64,000 nt of DNA from a virus: positions 18,046 through 82,045 of the IMG/VR virus record IMGVR_UViG_3300037587_000923; one strand, given 5' to 3'. Below the pieces are notes generated by a model that was given only the letters and a program-made list of their open reading frames with translations, was not told where the DNA came from and did not search any database. Shown piece by piece: positions 41,377 to 48,629 of the stretch. The position numbers and the translations under genes are program-made. Each line of letters opens with the position of its first letter. The stretch's first letter is position 1.

Positions 41377-41544
41377 ATGAAAGCTGAAATAAAGAAAGAT
41401 GGATTTATTTGGATAACCGCTGAAGACGCAACAGAGGCATTCGCGCTTAATCATTTAGTGCCAGTTGGTGACAAGGCGGAGGTGTGTAAAGAGTGCAACC
41501 AGGTTAAAATACCCGTTGTTATAGATGCGAGCGTATTAAACTAG
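41377..41544 (+). CDS. Cassette gene, 55 aa
   Basis: RBS GGAGG; GTTATAAAACT / AGTTTTATAAC 11-bp perfect brackets. Confidence 0.65.
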   Translation: MKAEIKKDGFIWITAEDATEAFALNHLVPVGDKAEVCKECNQVKIPVVIDASVLN

Positions 41545-41550
41545 GCAGTT

Positions 41551-41611
41551 TTATAACGAACAAGTTAAAGGGACGCTGGAACAGCGTTCCGCTTTGAACG
41601 CCTGGTTCTGA
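41551..41611 (-). repeat. attC-like site A7
   Basis: GTTAAAGGGACGCTG / CAGCGTTCCGCTTTGAAC; ends in GTTC. Confidence 0.8.
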
Positions 41612-41636
41612 GGCGTGTAACTTAAAAGGAGAAGAC

Positions 41637-41768
41637 ATGAGACTGATAATTTTAACACTTGGAATATGGGCATTGATGCATGTTGGATTTGACTTCGACT
41701 GGATGAGGGTTTTATGGACTATGGGGCTGACTGTTTATGCCGCATGGTATGATTTAATAAAGCCTTAG
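41637..41768 (+). CDS. Cassette gene, 43-aa membrane peptide
   Basis: RBS AAGGAG; GTTCTGAGGC / GCCTTAGAAC compensatory brackets. Confidence 0.6.
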   Translation: MRLIILTLGIWALMHVGFDFDWMRVLWTMGLTVYAAWYDLIKP

Positions 41769-41825
41769 AACGCCTGAGGTAAGCGGAAGCCGGAACGGCT
41801 TTCCGACTTGAGCGATTTGTTAGTT
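41765..41825 (-). repeat. attC-like site A8
   Basis: GAACGCCTGAGGTAAGCGGAAGCC...GGCTTTCCGACTTGAGCGATTTGTTA. Confidence 0.8.
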
Positions 41826-41855
41826 TGGATCTTGACTTTAAGGAGAGGCGACTAA

Positions 41856-42707
41856 ATGGCAAGAATTAAGTATACACAATGTATGGTAAGAGACTGCGAA
41901 AAGCCCCATCTATCTAAAGGCTTCTGTAATAGGCATTATCAGCAAATGTGGAAGCATGGACGCATTCTGCCTGATGCGGTGCCTATTGAAGACTTGGCCG
42001 GAGAGTTATGGGCTGACATTGAAGAGGCTGAAGGGTATCAAGTTAGCAATATGGGGCGTGTTAAGTCTCTTGTGGGCCGTGGCGGGTTAATAAAGCCACA
42101 GATCGAACAAAGGGGGCACATGAATACCCCTAAGAAGCGTGTCTATTTAGACAGGAGGGCAACAAGAGGCTGGGTTAAATTCTTGTATGTTCACCTAGAG
42201 GTAGCCAGGGCCTTTATCCCTAATAAGTTTGACAGCGCCCACACGACCTTTAAAAACGGGGATGCCTTAGACTGCCGTGCTGATAATATCGAATGGTGGT
42301 GGGAGAATCCACCTGTAGATGATGATGGGTTGATTCAGTTTAGAAAGTCGGTTCATTCTGAATTAGGGAAAAAGGTTCTGGCCTTTATTGATGGCAACCA
42401 GTCTGCCCTCGATAGTTTCGTAATGCAAAAGACTGACAAGATGAGGAAAATACTACAGAGTAAATTCAAAGGGGTCTGCGGAGACAATGTAAACGAAGCG
42501 GTGCACGTTGCTTTCAGTGAAGGCATGAGAGACATTAAACGCGGATTGCTTAGGGCAGACACACATATAGAAAACTGGTTCCTTCGGATTGCAGAGAACC
42601 AACTATTGGATGATATTAAAAAGAACAAGCACACTACATCTCAATGGGGCTGCAATGGTAATGGCGACGAGTTCGACAAATTTGATTTAATGGCGGCAAC
42701 AAACTAA
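41856..42707 (+). CDS. Cassette gene: Zn-finger + NUMOD4/degenerate HNH + sigma region-2-like domain
   Basis: C.V.DC.....KG.C.RHY; E.W..I...GYQVSN.GRVKS; VH..VA.AFIPN; NW..RIA.N..LD. Confidence 0.65.
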   Translation: MARIKYTQCMVRDCEKPHLSKGFCNRHYQQMWKHGRILPDAVPIEDLAGELWADIEEAEGYQVSNMGRVKSLVGRGGLIKPQIEQRGHMNTPKKRVYLDRRATRGWVKFLYVHLEVARAFIPNKFDSAHTTFKNGDALDCRADNIEWWWENPPVDDDGLIQFRKSVHSELGKKVLAFIDGNQSALDSFVMQKTDKMRKILQSKFKGVCGDNVNEAVHVAFSEGMRDIKRGLLRADTHIENWFLRIAENQLLDDIKKNKHTTSQWGCNGNGDEFDKFDLMAATN

Positions 42708-42788
42708 CTATGAATTAACCAGTGGCCCGACCAAGCCACACTGAAAACGGACACGCCTCTTGCCATCTGGTTGAATGGCGTGTTATAA
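42702..42788 (-). repeat. attC-like site A9
   Basis: ATTAACCAGTGGC versus minus-strand ATT[C]AACCAG[A]TGGC, the canonical extrahelical pattern. Confidence 0.85.
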
Positions 42789-42812
42789 ATTTTGCATTAG
42801 GAGGGTAATTAG

Positions 42813-43244
42813 ATGAGAGGATATGCGTGTATAGGGTTGGATAACCCCAAGGCGGCAGTTAACGTAGGATCGGCTTTGAGAGCCGCAGGGTGCTATGGGG
42901 CTGCAATGGTGGCTATGACGGGCAACCGGAGCGGAAAGACACCCACTGACACCATGAAGCAGTATCGACATAGGCCGTTGTTGCGCGTTGAAAATTTGAA
43001 AGATGTTATTCCTTATGACTGCGTGCCTGTGGCAGTTGATTTGATAGAGGGAGCTATTCCATTGCCAGAGTATGAACACCCCGAAAGAGCCTTTTATATC
43101 TTCGGGGCTGAAGATGCCACCCTGGGCGAAAGAGTGACATCTTGGTGCAGGGACACTATATATATTCCCACTAACGGTTGCATGAATCTAGCAGCAACGG
43201 TTAATGTGGTGCTATATGACCGGCTTGTTAAGCAAAATTTATAA
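42813..43244 (+). CDS. Cassette gene: SpoU/TrmH-family RNA methyltransferase
   Basis: NPK...NVGSALRAA; IFGAED; IP...CMNLAATVNVVLYDR; 14-bp perfect brackets GTTATAAATTTTGC / GCAAAATTTATAAC. Confidence 0.85.
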   Translation: MRGYACIGLDNPKAAVNVGSALRAAGCYGAAMVAMTGNRSGKTPTDTMKQYRHRPLLRVENLKDVIPYDCVPVAVDLIEGAIPLPEYEHPERAFYIFGAEDATLGERVTSWCRDTIYIPTNGCMNLAATVNVVLYDRLVKQNL

Positions 43245-43600
43245 CAAGACAAGCTAAGGGGCTTGAACGAACGCAGTGAGAGAAAGTCCAAGGAGTGAAA
43301 CGACTGTCTTTGAGCGCCTGGGTTATGTTTTTTGATATGACAGGGCAAAAAATCGGAGGTTATTATGGACGACATAGCAATAAATGAAGGTCAAAAGATA
43401 TTTGAAGAAAGATATAAAAAGGGATTTCCAAAAGTGATATTTGGGGAGACGCACATCTCAATTCCTTGCACTTGCGACGATGGCGGTGGGCCTATTCACT
43501 GGGCAACAGTGCAGAACAACATAAGATCGATAGAAGAACATTTCCGGCATGAGGAGACTTTGCGTGAATTAAGGAAAATGGATAGGGACAAAACATAACG
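43242..43600 (+). repeat. Duplicated unit copy 2 (attC A10 plus 77-aa gene 43365-43598)
   Basis: Reads identical to 40914-41272. Confidence 0.9.
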
Positions 43601-43635
43601 ATTGACTATATGGACATTTAATGTTGGTGTGAATT

Positions 43636-44007
43636 GTGAATAAGTATTATAAGCAAGTAAAATATAGACAGAATCAGAGAGATAAAAAAGAATGTTACCG
43701 TTTAAATTCTACTGATACGATTAGGGAATCTTATTATCAGCCACCTGAATTTAGAGGATTGAGGATATATGGAGATTGTGATCTCGGTTATCTTAGACTT
43801 ATTTACATTTCTCTATGGGAATGTGGACGTTTAGATTCCTATTACATACGCAACGAAAAAGTAGAAAATATTGGTAAGCGTCCAAAATTAAATGATGACA
43901 ATAGCGATTGGTGGATTGACAGTAATGGAAATCGTAAAAAATATGGCAAGGTTAATCTTGATAAGAAAATAAGAGAACTGATGCCGAATATAAGGAGGGC
44001 GGATTGA
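43636..44007 (+). CDS. Hypothetical protein
   Basis: AT-rich ORF coupled to the next gene. Confidence 0.5.
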   Translation: MNKYYKQVKYRQNQRDKKECYRLNSTDTIRESYYQPPEFRGLRIYGDCDLGYLRLIYISLWECGRLDSYYIRNEKVENIGKRPKLNDDNSDWWIDSNGNRKKYGKVNLDKKIRELMPNIRRAD

Positions 44008-44504
44008 TGAATTGCTTCCTAGGTAGGGTATACGACGACAAGCATGCCACTTGCATTTCCTGTATTAGGGCAGGAGAGAAGACTTGTAAGCAGGTCAAGA
44101 AGAAACGTAAGGCCCACGATATTCATACAGTTATGGCTGAAGGCAAGTGGCTTATGTGTACTAAAGACCTCAGAACCCCTAATGACTGGACCAACAAGAT
44201 GTACGGTAAGAAGATTTATAGGGGAGAGAGGTCTGCCTGGGAGAAACAGTTCAGAGGGATAATCCATTTATGGGGTAAGGCGTCAGGTAAGAGGCGCCTT
44301 ACCGTTATACGGTATGTTCCTGACAAGCGGTATCTCATGAAAGATAAGACCAATAGAGAGGGAGCCATGAAGCCTCTTGAGGATGCGCTTGTTAATCAAG
44401 GAGTACTTGTTGACGACAGGGATGAGTTCCTGGAGCGTGCCGACCTCAGGCAAGAGATAGATCCGGCAAGAGTAGGGGTAGCTATCTTAGTGGAGGATAT
44501 TTAG
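44004..44504 (+). CDS. RusA-like Holliday junction resolvase
   Basis: D..N.....K...DAL...GVL.DD motif. Confidence 0.7.
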   Translation: MMNCFLGRVYDDKHATCISCIRAGEKTCKQVKKKRKAHDIHTVMAEGKWLMCTKDLRTPNDWTNKMYGKKIYRGERSAWEKQFRGIIHLWGKASGKRRLTVIRYVPDKRYLMKDKTNREGAMKPLEDALVNQGVLVDDRDEFLERADLRQEIDPARVGVAILVEDI

Positions 44505-44787
44505 GCATGCTGAAAAAAAATTGCCTGGAGATAGTAATATATGACGACAAAGGCAATAGGTGTTGTTTTTCTCTTGACACCCTTTTCATTACTTTGATAG
44601 GGTGCGCTTACATTCCAATTTAACCTTTTGACAGAGGTACGAAGGATCAAATGAAAACCACTTTTAAACATAGAGAAGCCCACTCGAGCCAGAGCAATCT
44701 GGAGCAGGTCCCTTTTGGTCCACCTGTCTGTCAACTCGTGTGGGCTTCTGTGTGTTTAGCCCAATCCCAAAGAAATAAAGGTGTTAT

Positions 44788-45612
44788 ATGAGTAGATCAA
44801 GACGATGTAAGGCCGGGCTGGACTACTTCTCGTTTGATGTTGATTTCTTTGACGACGAGAAAATTGAGTTCGTATCAGCCAGATATGGCTTGAAGGGCGA
44901 GGTAATTTCCATAAGGCTTTTGTGTCGGATTTACCGTAATGGTTATTTTATTAAATGGGGTGATGATGAAAGCTTGCTATTCGCAAAGCGTGTCGGAGAC
45001 GGTGTCACTCAAGAAGATGTTAAGTGTGTTGTTGACGAGCTGTTCAAGAGAGAGTTCTTAAGTAAGTCTTTATTCGATAAATGTGGCATCCTTACATCAG
45101 GCGGAATTCAAAAGAGATATATCCAAGCAACCGAACGTAGGAAAGGTGTGGAGATGATTAAGGATTATATAGCTGTAGACATTACAGATTACGATGTAGA
45201 CATTTTAGAATTAAATGATGACATTTCAAAACAAAGTAAAGTAAAGGAAAGTAAAGTAAAGGAAAGTAAAGAAGACTATAAAATTTCTTTCTCTGAATTC
45301 TGGGAGGTATATCCTAGTCGTAACGGTAAAAAGATAGATAAGCCTACCACTAAAGATAAGTTCTATAAATTAAAACCTTCGGATCTGTCAGACATTATTG
45401 TGGCAGTCCATAACTACAAAGACAGTGAATTAGTTAAACAAGGAATTGGCATTAAAGACCCTCATAGATTTATTAGCAACAAAGACAATAAAGAGTTTTG
45501 GAAAGAATGGATGAAGCCTGAGATTAATAATAGCAAGAAACAAAAGAGCCCATATGAAGCCCAAAACGAAACTAGGGCTTATCATAAACCAATTAAAAAC
45601 AGAGGACTATAA
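44788..45612 (+). CDS. Replication initiator (DUF4373/Lin1244-like N-terminus)
   Basis: GLDYFS.DV.FF.D.KI; LTS.GIQKRY; F.EFW..YP; directly upstream of DnaB. Confidence 0.8.
   Translation: MSRSRRCKAGLDYFSFDVDFFDDEKIEFVSARYGLKGEVISIRLLCRIYRNGYFIKWGDDESLLFAKRVGDGVTQEDVKCVVDELFKREFLSKSLFDKCGILTSGGIQKRYIQATERRKGVEMIKDYIAVDITDYDVDILELNDDISKQSKVKESKVKESKEDYKISFSEFWEVYPSRNGKKIDKPTTKDKFYKLKPSDLSDIIVAVHNYKDSELVKQGIGIKDPHRFISNKDNKEFWKEWMKPEINNSKKQKSPYEAQNETRAYHKPIKNRGL
45174..45272. repeat. Putative replication origin within the initiator gene
   Basis: GACATT at 45178, 45199 and 45220 (21-bp period), followed by purine-rich AAGTAAAGTAAAGGA repeats. Confidence 0.5.
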
Positions 45613-46985
45613 TGGAACAACCTGGCAGATTACCACCACAAGACCTTGATGCTGAACTTTCTGTCCTGGGAGGTTTGGTTGTAGATAGCGATAAATGGGG
45701 CGAGGTTAACGCTATCATCTCTGCATCTGATCTTTACCGACAATCCCATAAATATATATTTAACGCCATAGGCTCTTTAATATCAAAAGAGGAGCCAGTC
45801 GACTTACTTCTTCTTAACTCTGAACTGAAAAACATGGGGGTTCTGGAGGAAAGTGGCGGGACTGGGTTTATAGCACGTATTGCCGATGGTGTAGTAACAA
45901 CAGCAAACATAACCTATTACGCTAATATAATCAAAGAGAAGGCTGTCGCCCGAAATGTTATATCGATAAGTCAGACTGCTATAGCTTCGTTGTATGATGA
46001 CGGCAATGTCGTCGATGTAGTTGACGCCCTTAAGCAATCAGCTATGGGGGTAAGTTTCGATAAAGGTGATGTGAAGGTCCACACCATGAAGGAAGTGATC
46101 ATGTCATCCTTTCAAGCTATCGAGGAGGCCCATGAAAAAGGCGAGCCTATAGTTGGAGTTCCCTACGGATTTGCAGCCCTCGATAGATTTACGGCAGGAG
46201 CTATGCCAGGGGATCTTATAGTTGTAGCTGGAAGGCCAGGCATGGGTAAGAGTTTGTTTACCGGAGAGGTAGTTATTAACGCAGCCCATAATGGCTATCC
46301 TTCTGTATTGTTCTCCGCAGAGATGTTGATGCAACAATATGGCAAAAAAGTGCTATCATCCAGAGCCAGAGTTCTCCATACCAGAACAAGGACCGGTAAG
46401 ATTGAGGAGTCCGATTGGGGTAAGCTTACGAAAGCCGCTGGGTTTTTGTCAGAAAAGAAAGTCTTTATCGTCGACAAGGGCGGCCTGACCCTAAGTGAGA
46501 TTATCTCCACTTCCGAGAAGTTAAAGATGAAGCACGACATTAAGGCTATTGCTGTCGACTACCTCCAGTTGATTAAGATGAAGAAGATACCAGGGGTGAA
46601 GAGGGAGGAAGAGGTCTCTAAGATCTCATACGAGATGAAGAGCCTGGCCAAACGCCTTGAGGTTCCCGTATACCTTCTATCGCAGCTCAACAGGGAAGTT
46701 GAGAAGAGGCCCGACAAGAGGCCTATTATGTCTGATCTGAGAGAGAGCGGGAGTATAGAGCAGGACGCAGATGTTGTTATATTGCTCTACCGCCCAGAGG
46801 AATACTTTACAGACGGAGATATAGACAGGATCTATAAAGGCTGGGGTAGAGAAAAGCCATCTACGATCAAAGACCTCCTCGAGTGCATTATCGCAAAAGG
46901 TAGGGATATTGAAACAGGCACCGTATTCTTGAAATCAGAGATGCGGTATCAGTCTATATCAGACCTTAATCCAATGGGTTTTTAA
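45612..46985 (+). CDS. dnaB: Replicative DNA helicase
   Basis: AGRPGMGKS, VDYLQL, LSQLNR, SDLRESGSIEQDAD. Confidence 0.95.
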   Translation: MEQPGRLPPQDLDAELSVLGGLVVDSDKWGEVNAIISASDLYRQSHKYIFNAIGSLISKEEPVDLLLLNSELKNMGVLEESGGTGFIARIADGVVTTANITYYANIIKEKAVARNVISISQTAIASLYDDGNVVDVVDALKQSAMGVSFDKGDVKVHTMKEVIMSSFQAIEEAHEKGEPIVGVPYGFAALDRFTAGAMPGDLIVVAGRPGMGKSLFTGEVVINAAHNGYPSVLFSAEMLMQQYGKKVLSSRARVLHTRTRTGKIEESDWGKLTKAAGFLSEKKVFIVDKGGLTLSEIISTSEKLKMKHDIKAIAVDYLQLIKMKKIPGVKREEEVSKISYEMKSLAKRLEVPVYLLSQLNREVEKRPDKRPIMSDLRESGSIEQDADVVILLYRPEEYFTDGDIDRIYKGWGREKPSTIKDLLECIIAKGRDIETGTVFLKSEMRYQSISDLNPMGF

Positions 46986-47522
46986 ATGGACTCCCTTCAA
47001 GAATTACTAACGATTGACGGCGACTCAGAGAGTCCCTCTCATGAGATGTATGTAAAACTTCAACATGCTAAAAAGTTGGTTGCCATGGGTATCTTCGCAA
47101 CTGGGGCCATACTTCACTACATGAAACAGTATGATCTCTGGCAAGGATATGCCGACTCCTGGAATGAATTCTGTGCCTCTGAGGCGCATTCATATAGCTT
47201 CGCACACACGGCCATGAGGTTGTATAAGAAGTACGTCCTTGAGCTCAGGCTGTCAGAGGATACTATTGACGCATTGATGGCCCGTGACTATACTTCACTT
47301 GATGCCGCAACTAAAGTTATCACGGAAAAGAATTCTAAGGAGTGGGTAGGTAAACTCCTTACCCTTAGCAGGCAGGATATCACCAAAGAGATAAGGGTCA
47401 CTCAAGGTAAAGACGAGATCCAGCAAACAGAGATAGATAAGGTTGTTATTTTATTCTTCTCTCTAACTTACGAAGAGCGGGAAGAGGCATTACAACGCAT
47501 AAATGAAAGGAGACAAGGATGA
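46986..47522 (+). CDS. Hypothetical phage protein
   Basis: LW..Y.SW.EF motif; operon context. Confidence 0.6.
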   Translation: MDSLQELLTIDGDSESPSHEMYVKLQHAKKLVAMGIFATGAILHYMKQYDLWQGYADSWNEFCASEAHSYSFAHTAMRLYKKYVLELRLSEDTIDALMARDYTSLDAATKVITEKNSKEWVGKLLTLSRQDITKEIRVTQGKDEIQQTEIDKVVILFFSLTYEEREEALQRINERRQG

Positions 47523-47785
47523 ACAAGACCGATATTATCGAGGAGGTTGCGGCCAGGACGGGCCTGCCAAAAAGAAAGATCGGTATCGTGATAAATCAAG
47601 CCTTTGACGTGATAAAGGATGAGGTTGCGGCCGGCAAGAAGGTTACCATAAATACGTTCGGTTCATTCTTCCTAAAACAACTTAAAGGGAAAACGATCAA
47701 GCTGGCCATAGGAGGAGTTCATGATATGCCAGCCGGTGAGGTGCCTAAGTTCAAGGCCGCCCCAGGATTCAAAGAGAGGGTGTGA
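47519..47785 (+). CDS. HU/IHF-family DNA-binding protein
   Basis: MNKTDII..VA..TG; G.KV.I..FGSF; PKFK. Confidence 0.9.
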   Translation: MNKTDIIEEVAARTGLPKRKIGIVINQAFDVIKDEVAAGKKVTINTFGSFFLKQLKGKTIKLAIGGVHDMPAGEVPKFKAAPGFKERV

Positions 47786-47790
47786 GGTCA

Positions 47791-47915
47791 ATATAACATT
47801 GAGTTCAGCAGGACCGGATTGAAAGCAAACACATTGGAAGAGGGAATGAACATGAAAGGCTTTTTGATTAAAATTAAAAACAGTGTTAGGGATCGGCTGC
47901 AACGTGGGGTTATTT
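47791..47915 (-). repeat. attC-like site B1
   Basis: TAACATTGAGTTCAGC / GCTGCAACGTGGGGTTA; minus strand reads GTT[G]CAGC. Confidence 0.65.
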
Positions 47916-48148
47916 GCGAATATGAGGCAGATAGATTATGGATCATTACAAGCTGGAGCTGGTGGAGGCACAACCACGGGATGCCATTTTGGAAGGCAGT
48001 GCGATGGACTTTTATGACCGATGTGTGGGACAAAATAGATAATTTTTATTGTGGAATATGGTTGCAGACAAGGGGCCGCTATTTACATTGGAAAGTTGAA
48101 AAGCAAAAAGTTGAAATATGGAAGCGAATTAAAGAGAAAAGCAAATAA
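47846..48148 (+). CDS. Cassette gene starting in the attC loop, Trp-rich
   Basis: GTTATTTGC / GCAAATAAC brackets; reads through the arm (DRLQRGV). Confidence 0.55.
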   Translation: MNMKGFLIKIKNSVRDRLQRGVICEYEADRLWIITSWSWWRHNHGMPFWKAVRWTFMTDVWDKIDNFYCGIWLQTRGRYLHWKVEKQKVEIWKRIKEKSK

Positions 48149-48185
48149 CCAGACGATGATTCCTTCGGAATATCGCGGGTTATTT
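48143..48185. repeat. Mini attC-like hairpin B2
   Basis: TAACCAGACGATGATTCC-TTC-GGAATATCGCGGGTTA. Confidence 0.55.
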
Positions 48186-48215
48186 GCCGAACACAAATTA
48201 ATAAAGGAGACCAGA

Positions 48216-48611
48216 ATGATAAGACCTATTGTAAAGCCTAACAACGAGCCATGTAATGAGGTTGATATAACCCTAGAAAATGGACTTGCCTACTCACCAC
48301 TACAAGGCAGGGAATGCTTGATCTGGGATCTCATACATACCGTCGAAGCTGCCAAGGTAGAATTCCTTACAGCAAAGCACATCGGATATAACAAGAAGGC
48401 GATGGCGCTATCCCATAGCAATGGGGTTACGATAATGCTAAACCCTACGATAAAGAAGCTTTCCAGAAACAACGGCAAATACTACAAAACAATCAAGGTA
48501 AGCTATTATGCCACAGATGGAAGAGAGCGCACCGTTAAGTTTGTCGGCAAGCATTCGGCTATGGTCCAGCGTGGCTTAGAGATTTTAGGAATAGAGAAGT
48601 ATAAGAAGTAA
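48216..48611 (+). CDS. Degenerate peptide deformylase-like protein
   Basis: LTA.HIG, MLNP.I, I.V.Y...DG, A.VQ....L.GI; lacks EGCLS and HExxH. Confidence 0.55.
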   Translation: MIRPIVKPNNEPCNEVDITLENGLAYSPLQGRECLIWDLIHTVEAAKVEFLTAKHIGYNKKAMALSHSNGVTIMLNPTIKKLSRNNGKYYKTIKVSYYATDGRERTVKFVGKHSAMVQRGLEILGIEKYKK

Positions 48612-48629
48612 GGGTGACAAGGAGATTCG

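Noticed and set aside
39398-43616. CRISPR array or plain terminators as the explanation of the hairpins
   Set aside because: Repeats are not sequence-identical, the spacers are whole genes, there are no U-tracts, and R-box covariation fits attC
43593-43640. Complete attC at the right end of cluster A
   Set aside because: Only a left-arm-like TAACGATTGACTATATGGAC is visible; no partner arm was found
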